Positions 41,197-57,170 are shown, numbered from the whole stretch's first letter. The stretch: DNA of 62,987 bases, filler included, from Bigelowiella natans CCMP2755 (GCA_000320545.1; 6 parts of 6 records of this genome joined end to end with filler, not necessarily neighbours in it); one strand, 5' to 3'. Made by a program: numbers and translations. The notes: a model not told the origin generated them from the sequence alone.

Positions 41197-42794
41197 CGAA
41201 TAGATCATCGTAGAATGGAGGGATTTCCATCGGCGTGTTTACCCTTCTTCCTCTTGGACGTAGCATCCTCTTGCAGCTTCTTGTTGGCGTGAGCCTGCCA
41301 GTGTCTGGATAGCACCCCCCCGATTTCCTTCACTATCTGCAACAGATCAGCATTTGCTTTGACTGCCCGCTTGGCGTCCTCGACGTCGGTGCCATTGCTG
41401 CTGCTGCCGCTGCTGTCGCTGGTAGTGCTACAAGGAGCGGCGGCGGTTGGAGGCGGCTCGCGGCTATATCGCTCGATAACGTTTCTAAGCGCAACAATCA
41501 CGCCCCGAGTGGAGATCGGCCTCCAGTCCTTCTGAACCTTCTCGAAGCTCTCAGCGCTGCCGCTTCTTCTTCTCATGGCCGGGTTGCTGCCACGATCGAG
41601 CAAGCCAGCATTAGCGTTCTTTCTTCTTATATCAGGCAATGAGGGGAGGTTCGCAGATAGCCGTCTCTTTGGAGTAGCTGCTGCCGATCCAGCAGCCTGA
41701 ACATTGTCATCATCGTCGTCAACGATAGCACCGGCAGCAGCAGCAGCAGTGCCGTACTCAGCATTGCCAGTGTCGTAGTGGGCTGTGGTTACTCCTCCCC
41801 CCCCCCCTTCGGCTTCTGTTTCGCTTTTGTCGAGCTTCACATCGCTGTCGTTCAAGGCGCGGCCATTAAGCTTCGGGCTGTGTCGGCAGCTCTCACCACC
41901 GCTGCTGCTATCCTTTGCTTCCTGTCTGCTTTCACGGCCCCTTCCCTCGAGCCACATCGCCTGCCGATGGGCAAGTCTCAGCTCATCCCATAAATCGAGC
42001 GTCTGCATGGCGTCCTGGAAGCTGGCGATTTGCGCGCTGGAGTAGTGCGGGCTTGGGAACGTGCTCTTAGGCCCCGCTCTCGCTCTCCTCAGCCTTCGCA
42101 CCTTCGCATCTCCCACGCTCAGCGTTGCATCTGGCGGTGATGGGTGATGGGGGGTAAGTGGGGTGAGAGGGGGGAGGGAAAGAGTTGTGTTAGGCCTCCG
42201 TCCGTCTGGTGCGCGCCTTCGTGTAGTTATCTTCTAAGGAAAGCATAGAATGCTGATGCAAAGCAGCAATTTGGACAACAAGGGCCTAAAAAATTAAACT
42301 AGCTACCCCCCCCCTCCCCCCACTCCTCCCCCTTTACCCACGAACCCGCGAGAAAGTCTCTGAGGTAATCGAGGCCGCCCTGCACGTTGATGATGGCGCG
42401 CAGGCTGCAGTGCACGCCTGCAATTCTGATCTCCATGCGTGCCATGGATGCGGAATCCTGCAGGAAGTGTCGCTGGAACCTGTCGCGGGTGATGCTGAAG
42501 AGAAACGTGCTCGAAAGGCACGCCACCGTGGCCGTGCGCTTACAGTCGTTCTGGATAAGCGCGATCTCGCCGAAGTAGTCCCCGGAGGAGAGGCAGTTCA
42601 GCACCTTCCCGCTGGCGGTGATTAGCACCTGCCCTTTCACTACGATGTAAAACCTGGGAGCGGGATGAGAAAAAGAAAGAGGAGTGGGATGGGCAGAAGG
42701 GGGGGGAGGGGGGGAAAGGGCGAATGGCGATGAGAGGGCCGCGGATATGTGTATGTATACTCTATACACACAAACACACACACACACACACACA

Positions 42795-42834
<40 letters not shown>

Positions 42835-42991
42835 TGCACACCTGTCCGCCTTTTCGCCCTCTCTGAACACCGTATCTCCTGCTCTCCTTCGCTCTACGCG
42901 CCCATGCGTGACGATGAATCTTCGGAGCTCCCATCTGCTGTCGTCGTTCAGGTTGAAGAGGCCGCTGCTCTCCAGGATGTGCTCCACGTAC
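39648..42991 (-). CDS. Cyclic-nucleotide-binding domain fused to an insertion-laden RGS-like domain; 5' end lost at gap
   Basis: Exons 42842-42991 (AGDTVFREGEKADR) and 42346-42653 (FYIVVKGQV...GDYFGEIALIQNDCKRTATVAC) form a CNBD. RGS-like helices follow: SLRAIINVQGGLDYLRDFLA, DAMQTLDLWDEL, LRNVIERY, and ERFLRRLLREVESIVLRHLTDVVEPFR|KSHQFRQFM (40957-41035 and next exon). Stop at 39648. Confidence 0.75.
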
Positions 42992-43727
42992 CTAAAGAAA
43001 GGAGAAGAAGAAGAAGAAGAAGAAGAAGAAGAAAAGGAGAGGAAGTGAGGTGCATAATAANNNNNNNNNNNNNNNNNNNNNNNNNNNNNNNNNNNNNNNN
43101 NNNNTTAATTAATTAANNNNNNNNNNNNNNNNNNNNNNNNNNNNNNNNNNNNNNNNNNNNCCCCCTCCCCCACGGGCGGTAATCGTCTTCACTTCCTTGT
43201 GGTGACGTTGCGTGGCTGTCATTTGTCGGTTTCCTATCGTCTCACCTCCGCCCATCTGAGTAGAGTCGTACTATCTCTTCTCCCCCCTCTCGCAATATTG
43301 TCGTTATAATACACCACGTCGCTTTGCGCCCTCCAGGGCCCACCAATGTTATTTTTGTATTGCCCCGCCAGCGGGGGGAGGGGTAGAGAGAAGGTTGCCC
43401 TTCCCCCTCCTTCCCCTCCCTCGGGGGGGGGAGATAGAAATGAATACGGGGATCAGGGTGCTGCGAGATTACGCCTGTGGTGTTCTTAGCAAGAGGAGGG
43501 CATTGTAGATTGCGGGTTAATTATTTCTTATCCATGGTTCATTTAATTTACAACAGAGAGAGTCAAAATTGCAAGCTTTCCCCCCCCCCCCCCCCCCCCT
43601 CCCCCCCCCTCCGTCCCCCTAACACATATAGCCCACTGCGCGTGGGAAGGGGAGAGAATGTAGGGTATGAGGATAATTGTATTACGGTATGTTGGCGTTA
43701 TATTCACTAGTGTTCTATGTCGCACAG

Positions 43728-47042
<3,315 letters not shown>

Positions 47043-47299
47043 CATGAACGGAATCAGGCCCCTTCTGTGGTGTCTACTATCAGCACAATGAACGCAGAAT
47101 TGATAGATTGGGAAGAATCACCCGTCTCTTGCACGGAATTCCGATTCTGCCACCATGTGTTGTGTGATGAGAAGAAGCGTTACAGCAATAGCAGGGCATG
47201 ACTATGCGGCACGCCATCTATCATATAATAGACACAGCAATACACTATATATATCATATATATTGTGTATTGCATGTCTATCATTCATCAATGCAATTA

Positions 47300-47870
47300 G
47301 CCACGTTGATGTGTGTGCCCGTTTTTCCTTGCAAGTTCAAGCATGTTGATGGCACACTCGCTAGCACGCTCTAGCGCTGTTGCGTCGATCAATGCTCCAA
47401 CGCGTTGACATTGCTAGATTGGATGGGAAGGCAGAAATTCTCTTCATCATCACCACTAGCTAGCTAGATGATCACAACTGTTCGCTGTTTAGTGATGAAT
47501 AACCATGCTAGCATGAATCACAGCTCACAAGTCCCCGTGACATTTGTTGCACAACGGGCGATACACGTTGGTGGCGCGCAATGCATCGCGTTTTCAATTG
47601 TGTCACGCGCAAGGTCCTGAATGCGAAGGCTGAGACAAAAGCTTGCCATTTATGGCAAAAGAAACGCACTCACATCTAAACATGCTCATGCAACACACGG
47701 TGTCATCCAGTCGGACTAGCAGAGGACAGTTTGCGCGTATGCAATATATGCTTGGTCTTCGCTCTATCCCCGCTCGAGTTGATGTGCGATGATCTAGTGA
47801 TTGAACGCGACCGGTCAACTTGCAGAGCTAGAGAGTTGTCATTGCGCGCTTCGCTAGTGCATTAGATGGT
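47300..47870. other. Partially TpA-depleted, CTAG-rich intergenic island between convergent genes
   Basis: About 11 CTAG in ~520 bp with few other TA. Confidence 0.7.
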
Positions 47871-47992
47871 TCTCTCTTCAATGATTATTGAATTTCCATG
47901 CTGGATCAACGCAACCTTCAACTTTTAGTCCGCATGAATGCAATGCTTTGCAACTAAATTTGTGATTGACGATGAAATCATCTTACGATGTA

Positions 47993-48376
47993 TTATATGT
48001 TCTTCATGGCAGCCTTTAAGGCCTGAGCGACGGCATCTGAATCGTCGCTCCCAGACTCTACAACCTAATAACCCAAAAACCACGCTTGAGGTTGAGCAAT
48101 ATTCTAATATCGCTAAAGCTCTGTGGTGATAGGAATTTCCGCCCCCCCGCCTCCTCTCTCTCTCATTCTCTCTCTTTCCATGTGTAAAGTCTTGATCTTC
48201 CCTTACCTCTAGAGGAATGGATCCATACTTGTCGCGAGAGATCGGATTGGCCCCCGCTTTGTGTGACACACAATTGGCATAGAACGTGTTAATTCATCCG
48301 TGTAGTAAACAAGTGACTCTATTTTATGCGTTCGGTAAAGCAGAGGCGACTGCTACTTCGCTCGCGCTATTTGTTC

Positions 48377-48418
<42 letters not shown>

Positions 48419-49738
48419 CGCTCTCTGTCTCTCTCTCTCTCACCTTCTAAGAGCATCTTCACAATTGAAGCCCTCGAGAATGCTGCCGCAACGTGCAGAG
48501 CCGTCCATCTGCGTTGTGAAGGGAAAGCATTCATTAAACATCCATTTTTTGATCATGTTAGCTGTCTTGCAGCAGTATTGAAGACACGTGCTTAACATGA
48601 TACAACAAACGGGAGACTCATCGTATCGTTTATCTTCTGCCCATACCCATCTTCTCGAGGTATCCGCAAGTCCGCATTTCGGTTTATTAACATCTTGACG
48701 AATCTGGATTTGTCTTCGTTGGCTGAAACGAGTCGCAAGAAGTGTATCAAAGCATTACCAAGATCTACATATTCTATAATATCAGGAAAACGACGGCTAT
48801 GCCCTCTCTCTTTTTCCGCAAGGTTTGGTTCAAATTCTGAGCGATTTTGCCATAACACCACCTGCGAGATATAGCGGAGTAATGCCGTCATTGTCGCGTG
48901 CGTTGATATCAGCCTTGTGCTCGAGCAAGACTCTGCCTATCTCGGCATTTCCACTCTAAAGCAAGAGCCAAAGAGCAAATGTTTAAGAACAAGAAGAGGG
49001 AAAAAGAAGGTGAAGAAACCCCTCATATACACCCGATGTTAAATGACGACCGTGGCTGCGGAATGAAGCGCAGAACGTCCCAGAATGTCCTTCGCGTCTA
49101 TAAACACGCTAAGGTTCTGTGGAGGGCACATCGCATCAATGGCATAGCGTCAATACCGAATCGTCAGCACTATCAGCCAGAAACACCAAACGTTGTAGCA
49201 ATGAAGCTTATGTTCGGTCAAGAAGAGAACATATTCGGACTGGTGAAAAGCAAAATACTTGTGCTTCCAGAGAAATTACTCGCGCGCGCGCGCGCTCGTA
49301 TGTGTTTGTGTGTGTGTGTGTGCGTGTGTGCGTGTGTGCGTGTCTACGTGCGTGCGCGTGTGCTTGGCCATACCGTCTGGTTATTTCCGTTGTTGATCTC
49401 GCTATACTCTGCCAATCTGCAACCAAAATAGAAGGCATTCGCCGTTCCCAAGGAGCCGCAAATTCAGACATGACTACGAGGAGAGGAAAGAGAGAGGAAG
49501 CTTACTCGGAACTCCCATCAGCAGCGTCACATTGTGGCGATTCGGCCTTCTTCTGTATTAGCGTACATTCCCCAACAATAAGTGCGATATATCACTAAAA
49601 ATCGTTCAAAAGACGGGATTCCTATTCAAGCGTGTCATGTAGCGAAACATATGTGCCTTTTTGTGCATCTTCCAATGAAAAACCATACCATGATCTCCAT
49701 AGAAGTAGCTAAGCTTGGAGATGACGTCAACGCCCTGA

Positions 49739-49780
<42 letters not shown>

Positions 49781-50107
49781 CACATATTTATAAGTATTCT
49801 AAATATTACGACAATCCCCTGCCGCTGCAGTATGCATAGACTGGCCATATATATCTCTCTCTCTCAACTCGCATTCGGGTTGTTAGATCAAGGAAAAGAT
49901 CTCCCGCCCCCCCCTTCCCTCCCCCCATCTCTCTCTCGCGCTCTCATTGATTCTTACGTCTCCTTGGTGACAGGGCAATTATGCAGGAAAGGCTGGAGAA
50001 GTAACCCCCCCCTGTAATGATAGTAGCAAACAACAACGGCAAAGGTCACGAGTGTGCCGATGTCTTTGCAAATATTCATTTGTGAAACAAAAAGATGTTC
50101 TAGTCTC

Positions 50108-50147
<40 letters not shown>

Positions 50148-50309
50148 TCCCTCATCCGCCTCTTCCTTCTTCTGCTTTTTCTCCCTCTAGTAGTGTGCTA
50201 AGGCTCAATACCGTGACTTTTCATCAGATTCATCAGGCTTTTCGTGTAGCTGTGTGAGCAGCACACAGCCCGCACAAACACAAACACAATACGCACACAC
50301 GCACACACG

Positions 50310-50340
<31 letters not shown>

Positions 50341-50508
50341 GCGTCAATCACGGGATAGAAGTCCAATAAACACAGGCGTATGATTCGCCAAATCGCAGCG
50401 ATGATAACATGGTAGTCGCCTCTCTACGACACGAAAGTTTGCATCGTTTTTGAAGAAAGATCACCGGTATCCACAGCGAGTTATCCAGCTGTAGCCAGCC
50501 TGAAAGGT

Positions 50509-50545
<37 letters not shown>

Positions 50546-50547
50546 TA

Positions 50548-50585
<38 letters not shown>

Positions 50586-50878
50586 ATTAATAATTTGACA
50601 TAGACGCAATAGAAAGAGACAAGAGGACATTCCGCAGCACCCTAAAAGAGAGGAGAGTGCGTGTGCTGTTTGATGCTACCATCGCTTTTCCTTTTCTTCA
50701 CGACACGCACAACGTCGCCAACCTTTGCACTGTTTATGTCGCGGACGATTACATAGAAGGATCTTTCTTATCATCAATACTGTTACGCGCTCTCTATATC
50801 TTCTCAAATCGAAATGAAGTACTGGTGATAAACATACGCATCCTCACCACGTCGAATCACCTCCCCCCTTATATATAC

Positions 50879-50916
<38 letters not shown>

Positions 50917-51410
50917 ATATGTACGTATCTCACCCTTGCCGTGGCATCTTTGGTTTCTTGAACGATGGCTCCGAGAAGTAGCGAGCACCTGTTACAGATG
51001 AGAATGGCCGGCATGATGTCAAGCTTTTATCTTATGCTGCGTTTACACTCTCATTCCTACTCTTACTATACAAATCGTCTATCCCCACTGTTTCCAGCAG
51101 CATCATCATCATATCCTCTGCTTCGCGTAAAGATCGCAATAGCGCGTGCGGCGCTTGTCTCTCGCCAGCGTTCTTAACGCTCGCATGCTACTCTCCGCAT
51201 TCGTCGATTTCCCCCAGTGGGGCAAGCGAAGCTGTTACGCCACGTGTAGAGACGAGCTCTATTCATATGCTTTCCCACATGGAAATGCTAATGTAAAGAT
51301 TGGGAAACTAGCAAGCCATAGATAAAAGTAGAAGCTGTTTACCTAATGGCTCGATGACGTAATACCAGTACTTTGACTCTTTATCTCTGAGTAAGCACAC
51401 AAACTCATAT

Positions 51411-51467
<57 letters not shown>

Positions 51468-51732
51468 ATATATGTATACGGCTGGAGAAACACGCGCGCT
51501 CGCATAAACAACAACACCACAGCATAAATTTGAGAGACGTATGAAATTCTTCCTTCAGTAAAAAATTACAGAAGTTTCTCCCCCGTGTTCAGCAGCATAT
51601 CCACGATTTTAACGTCGTTCTTGATCACGCCAAGATGAAGGGGAAACACCTGATGATGGTGTGTGGTGATTGATACTGCTACTTTCGCTGTGGATATATA
51701 TGTTCGATCTTATGCATTTCAGGTATTCGTAC

Positions 51733-51770
<38 letters not shown>

Positions 51771-51882
51771 GTATGCTACGGCTACTGCTGGCGCTGCTAT
51801 TACGCACCCGCCCAACATCGAAAATTGTTTGGATCTGATTTCATCTCTAGACACCGCTTGACCATCGTATGGTCGCCTCTCT
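47993..51882 (-). CDS. Ankyrin-repeat protein, multi-exon; 5' end lost at gap
   Basis: ANK consensus exons: FPLHLGVIKNDVKIVDMLL (51.6 kb), DAKDILGRSALHSAA, SGNAEIGRVLLEHKADINARDNDGITPLYLA (48.9 kb), VKMLINRNADLRIPREDG|WTALHVAAAFSRASIVKMLLE|GANPISRDKYGSIPL. Confidence 0.85.
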
Positions 51883-52033
51883 GGGTGAGAATACGTAAGA
51901 TGGAATAGAAATCACCCACACAAACACGCACGCNNNNNNNNNNNNNNNNNNNNNNNNNNNNNNNNNNNNNNNNNNNNTTAATTAATTAANNNNNNNNNNN
52001 NNNNNNNNNNNNNNNNNNNNNNNNNNNNNNNNN

Positions 52034-52129
52034 AAGCGCATGGAAGAGGAGCGTGCAAGAAAGGAAGCTAAAGAAAAGGTATAGTCGAAATACAAAGCAC
52101 ACGCAAAAGATCACAGTTTATTGTGTATG

Positions 52130-52166
<37 letters not shown>

Positions 52167-52734
52167 TGTTTGTGAGTGTGTGCTTGTATGCTTGTGTGCT
52201 TGTGTGTGTGTGCGAAATGTTCTTGAAGATCTTATTTTTACGTTTTCTGATGTCCGTCAATCGAAATCGAGTGCTTCTTTTATTAATTTCTCCTCTCTGC
52301 AAATTTTCATCAGGCCTTAGAGGAGAAGCTCGCAAAGGAAGAAGCAGAGGTTGTATTTTGAACTACCAGTATTTTGCTTTGAGAGTAGTCTTATCCTATG
52401 CTCATATAGTGTGTCGCCTCAAAGTGGTGTAGACCGTATAGAAGGTCAAGTTTGTCAGAGGCAGTCTCCACCGCGTTGTTGCACGACATGTGAATCCGCA
52501 AATCCTCACCGATTTCTCTACTCAAACACTTCTTCGTACAGCGAAAGCGACTGGAAGCTGAGGCAGCCAAAAAGAAAGCAGAGGAGGAGAGAAAGAAGAG
52601 AGAAGAGCGCGCTAGGGTATGAGCGCATATGACAGAATAACAAGATCCCTTTGTGAATACTAAGCTCTTGTGACTGTTTCATTTCCTGATGGAAAAGCCC
52701 TTTACGAAGAGAAAATCGTCGGAGTCTACATATC

Positions 52735-52823
<89 letters not shown>

Positions 52824-55800
52824 CTGCTATCGATTTTTCTCAAGACAAATTGAAATGTGACACCATACGTGATGACTCAGATCAAAGCGGAAAAGCGCTT
52901 GAAGCGCATTGAACTGGCGAAGAAGAAAGCGGAGGCGGAAAGAAAGGCCAGAGCAGAGGCGAAAGCTGCTGCGGATAAGAAGGCTGCTGAAGAGGAGGAA
53001 GCAGCAAGAAAGAAAGAAGAGGAAGAAGCTGCAAGGAAGAAGAAAGAGGAGGAGGAAGCAGCTGCTGCACAAAAGAAGAAGGACGAAGAAGAGGCGGCTG
53101 CGAAAAAGAAGAAGGAAGAGGAGGCAGCCGCGAGAAAGAAGAAGGAAGAGGAGGCAGCTGCGAGAAAGAAGAAGGACGAAGAGGAAGCGGCTAAGAGAAA
53201 GAAGAAAGAAGAGGAGGAAAAGGCAGCTGCACAAAAACAGAAGGAAGAAGAGGAGGCGGCTGCGAGAAAGAAGAAGGAAGAGGAGGAAGCTGCTGAACGA
53301 AAGAAGGACGAAGAGGCGGCAGCTGCGAGAAAGAAGAGAGAGGAAGATGAAACAGAAGCAGCGAGAAAGAAGAAGATAGAGGCTGAAAGGAAGAAGAAGG
53401 AAGAAGAGGAGAGCAGCTGCGAGGAAGAAGAAGGAAGAGGAGGCGGCCGCGAAAAAGGTGAGAGATGAGCAAGAAGCTGCTGCTGCTCGGAGTCAGATAG
53501 AAAAAGAGGAAGCGGCTGCGAGAAAGAAGAGAGAAGAGGAAGAAGCAGCTGCGAGAAAGAGGAAGGAAGAGGAGGAAGCTGCTGAAAGAAAGAAGAAGGA
53601 AGAAGAGGCAGCTGTGCAAAAGAAAGCTGCTGCGGAAAAAGTGCAAGAGGAAGAAGAGGCGGCTAAGAGAAAGGAGGAAGGTAAAGGAGAAAAAGCGGCA
53701 GAAATCAAGGAGGGGGATAGGAAAGGAATAGTCTCTGAGAAAGGAGGGAGAGGCGAAGAAGACGAAGAAGTGATAACTGCAAGGGAGAATACCGAGCAAG
53801 GAATAGAGGAAGCAGAGACGAAGACGTCAGAAGATGGAAAAGCTGTTGGCAAGAAGGAACACAATAACGATAGAACAGAAGAGGCAGAAAAGGCTTCAAA
53901 GGCCGAGATAGCGAGACCTGGATCGAGTGACGAAACAAAGAATATGTTAGGTAAACCAACCAAAGAAAGCGAGGGAGATCGAAAGCATGAAGGTACAGAG
54001 AACAGTACGGGTGCTGCTGCTAAAGCGGCAGAAGGGGCAAGTATAGACAAAGGCGCCGATGAGAAGGAACCAACCATTGTTGCAAAGGGAGACGATGCGG
54101 AAGTTAAGATGGATGAAGCAGAAGGGAGGGGGCCAGAAGAGGCTGTAGCAGCATCGAAGGTCGAAACCAGTGCTGATTTGCAAGTGGGTAAGGCAAAGGA
54201 TGGAGAAAAGAAGCCGGAGGCTGCAACAGGTAGCAAACATTGAGAGCCAAAACCAACAGCGGACAGTGGAGATGTCATCAGTTTGTTTGGTCATTGAAAA
54301 CAAGCTTTCGGGGTGGTATTCTTTAGATGTACTTCGTAGATTTGATTTCACAGCGAAGTGGCGATGGAACGAACACGGACTAATCCACATGTGTTGTGCT
54401 AAGTAGATGCTGCTGGCGCTCCAGAACTTGCAGAATCTCCTGCTGTTGTTGAAGAAAATAAAGAGGGAAAGGTAGGAGAGAGCAAGGGACTAGAGCAGGG
54501 AAGTGGTAGTGTACATAATCAAACGACGGAGGCTGCGGATGTGAAAGAAACGGATGCTGGCATGCTTAGCGAAGATGCCGCTGCTGGAACGACCGATGAC
54601 CAAGGCAAGTTTCAGTACTGTGTGTAGCCTTGTCAAATTCTTTAGCTTTTTTTGCCACCTTATATTGAGAGAAAAGCAGACACAGCTGAGTTTGGCACAT
54701 TAACGTACGAGCATTTTTTTAAGTGTGTATTTTGCGAAGATGACATAGAGGGGTGGCGGAATGAGAGAGGGAGGGATTTGAAATGCAGAGAAAGGCCTCT
54801 TCATAGAAATGAGCAACAATTTTTGTGTAGGAGCGAAAGAAATGGAGGCAGAGCGTATCTCCGCAGCAAAGAGCAAGAAGGAAGAGGAAAAAAATCCCAA
54901 AGCGAACGAAATCGAGTCGCAAGCCGCCAGAGAGCTTGAAAAGCGCTTGTTAGAGATCGAGGGTATTCGACTCCGCACCATGCAAGATACTGCCACAGCT
55001 GTAGGGAAAATGCCATCAGAGCTGTCACGAGAAGAAAAGCGCATGGATACGAATGGCGAGCAGTATTGCTTGGCCGAGTTCTACGAATTCTACAATAGGT
55101 GCTGTTTTGGAAGATAAATCCCACCTCTTTCTTCTTTCTCTCTCTTTCTCTCTCTCTTTCCCTCCCCCCTTAAACTCCCCTTTCCCTTTCTTTCCCTCTT
55201 TCTTTGAATGGAGTTGCACCGGGTGACTGTTTCGTTGTAAGAGTGTCAGATTCAGACGTGATTGGCCGCTGTGACTTATCATCTGTTGTCTTATTGTACA
55301 GTGTTGATCCATGGATTGCGGCTGGGCCTCCAGAGAAGCGAATGGAGATGAGATTGGCCGAGGTGCTGCAGCACAGCGGACCTTGCAATGCAGAACTTTG
55401 CCATGATGCCTTGGCGTGTGTCGGTCTAATATGCGCGATATGTGTGATATTCGGACGCATCGCACGCTATCACGCCCGATCGACATTTTTTTTTTCAATG
55501 CGAAAACGTAGTTTTTCCATTTCACACATAACACACACACACACACACACACACACTCACTCACACACTCACACACTCACACACTCACACACACACTCAC
55601 ACACTCACGCTCACTCACATTGGTCGCATGCGACTCCTCCCGAGCAGGATGGACACATGTACGCGCTGGAAGAGTTCGTGGAGCACTACGACTTTGAGGG
55701 AGTGGAGATGTGGCACATCGCTGCGGACAGGCGGCCATCCGAGTTCACGAGTGCGGCCTCGGTCACTACCGCAGGCAGTCGCGGTTCTGCCGAGCAGAAA

Positions 55801-55857
55801 TCGGTGACCTCATCGCAAAACGGAGAGAAGGCCAAACAAGCGGAGGGGAAAAATTGA
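52034..55857 (+). CDS. E/K/A-rich putative single-alpha-helix protein with two C-terminal R-x-x-x-[ND]G-x-x-Y-x-L-x-EF-x-E-x-Y...W-x-x-A motifs; 5' end lost at gap
   Basis: Long exon from ~52881 to 54229 of EEEAAARKKK repeats with a +1 frameshift near 53410; intron 54230-54406; GC-AG intron 54605-54830; final exons EEKRMDTNGEQYCLAEFYEFYN|SVDPWIAA...MEMRLAE|DGHMYALEEFVEHYDFEGVEMWHIAA; stop 55855-55857. Confidence 0.75.
52990..53680 (+). repeat. Coding minisatellite, ~30-33 bp unit (GAAGAGGAGGCAGCTGCGAGAAAGAAGAAG-like), roughly 20 copies
   Basis: Directly visible imperfect tandem units encoding EEE(E)AAARKKK. Confidence 0.9.
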
Positions 55858-56295
55858 TGAGAAATAAGCCGTTGAAAACATGAAGAGGATTTGGAGGTTG
55901 CCTGTGTGGCCATTTCAATCATGACTACGATTTGAGCAGAACATGATATCACGATAATAGACTACTGTGTCTATAATCACGATCAGCTCGTCAGTCGCGA
56001 GTCGTACGCACTGCACTACAAGTATCTAGTATATATGTGTGGCGCACGCTCTTCTAGTAGCGCATATGTACGTGTACATCGCTCGCGCACATGCGTGTCC
56101 AGAGCGTGCGTATGCATGTGGTGTCTTTTTCTTGCGCGCCAATCACCAGACTATTTACAGTAATAGACATTCATGAGGACAACCCATTGAACAAATTTAA
56201 TTTGTTTGGTTACATCTGTCGTACGTACATGTAATATATATATATTAGATGGATGTAATGCAATACTTAAATATTTTCAATGGTCATCCTAATAT

Positions 56296-57170
56296 CGAAC
56301 CTTGCATGTCTAGTTGTCGGGGGTGGTGGCATGGCTAGATGGACTCGGCACGGAGCAGCAACGATCCATTTGCATTGTGCAGATGACAGCCACAGCAATG
56401 TCATGCGCGTCCACAATGCAGAAGTTCGATTTTTCCGCGTTGTTTGTGGACAGTTCACAGGATTGACCAGTTGGGTTGGACGTTGTTGTGTGGAATGGTG
56501 ACCAGTATAAAAAGCTTTGTTGTCCCCACGCAACGCCGCCTGATTGGGAATTTGGGCAGTGAAGATTCCCTAACCATGCTGGCATGTGTTCACGGTGCAG
56601 TCGTTGCACATTGCACGTGTGAGATTGACGTTTGGTGACATGCCAAAATTTGCAGGCGCACCGGACCCAAACTTCGGCCAGTGCAGACGTCGATGAGGAC
56701 AAGATGGTGGACCATCTTGCAAGTCGTGCAAACATCGATTTCGACAACGTCAAGAAAATTGTTGACACGTACATGCATGCACGTCTAGACGTGTGAATGC
56801 CTTGAAGCCATACAGGATTCTTGCACGTCTCGAAGTGAATGAACGAAGCGTGGCATGCATGCTTTGTGCGTAGCACCTACAAGTACAAACGTAACATTCA
56901 CACAAAACAGTAGCTACGCCCCGCTGTGATGCAAGATTCCATCACGCATGCGCAATGTTCTGCAATGTGCACACTTTCATCGATGCCATCTAGCTAGTCA
57001 CGTACGTGAGGCACATGCTATGCATGTGCATGGCAGCTGCAACAACAAAAGGAACCGCCAGCAGCTACAAGCCACTAGCTGTGATGCAAGATTTAATCAC
57101 ACGTGCAACGTGCACACTTTCGTCGATGTCATGTGAGGCACGCTAGCACGATGCATCATTTGCTTCAGTT
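56296..57170. other. TpA-depleted intergenic island with internal duplication and exon relic
   Basis: No TA in 56338-56505 or 56573-56769; CTAG retained. Confidence 0.8.

Noticed and set aside
52990-53680. Regular ~30-bp periodicity suggestive of a CRISPR array
   Set aside because: No unique spacers; it is an in-frame coding tandem repeat in a eukaryotic gene.
54241-54243. Apparent premature TGA or readthrough in the E/K protein
   Set aside because: It lies inside the phase-1 intron 54230-54406; no recoding is needed.
53191-54390. Long minus-strand ORFs (202, 261 and 147 aa)
   Set aside because: Antisense shadows of the purine-rich E/K exon.
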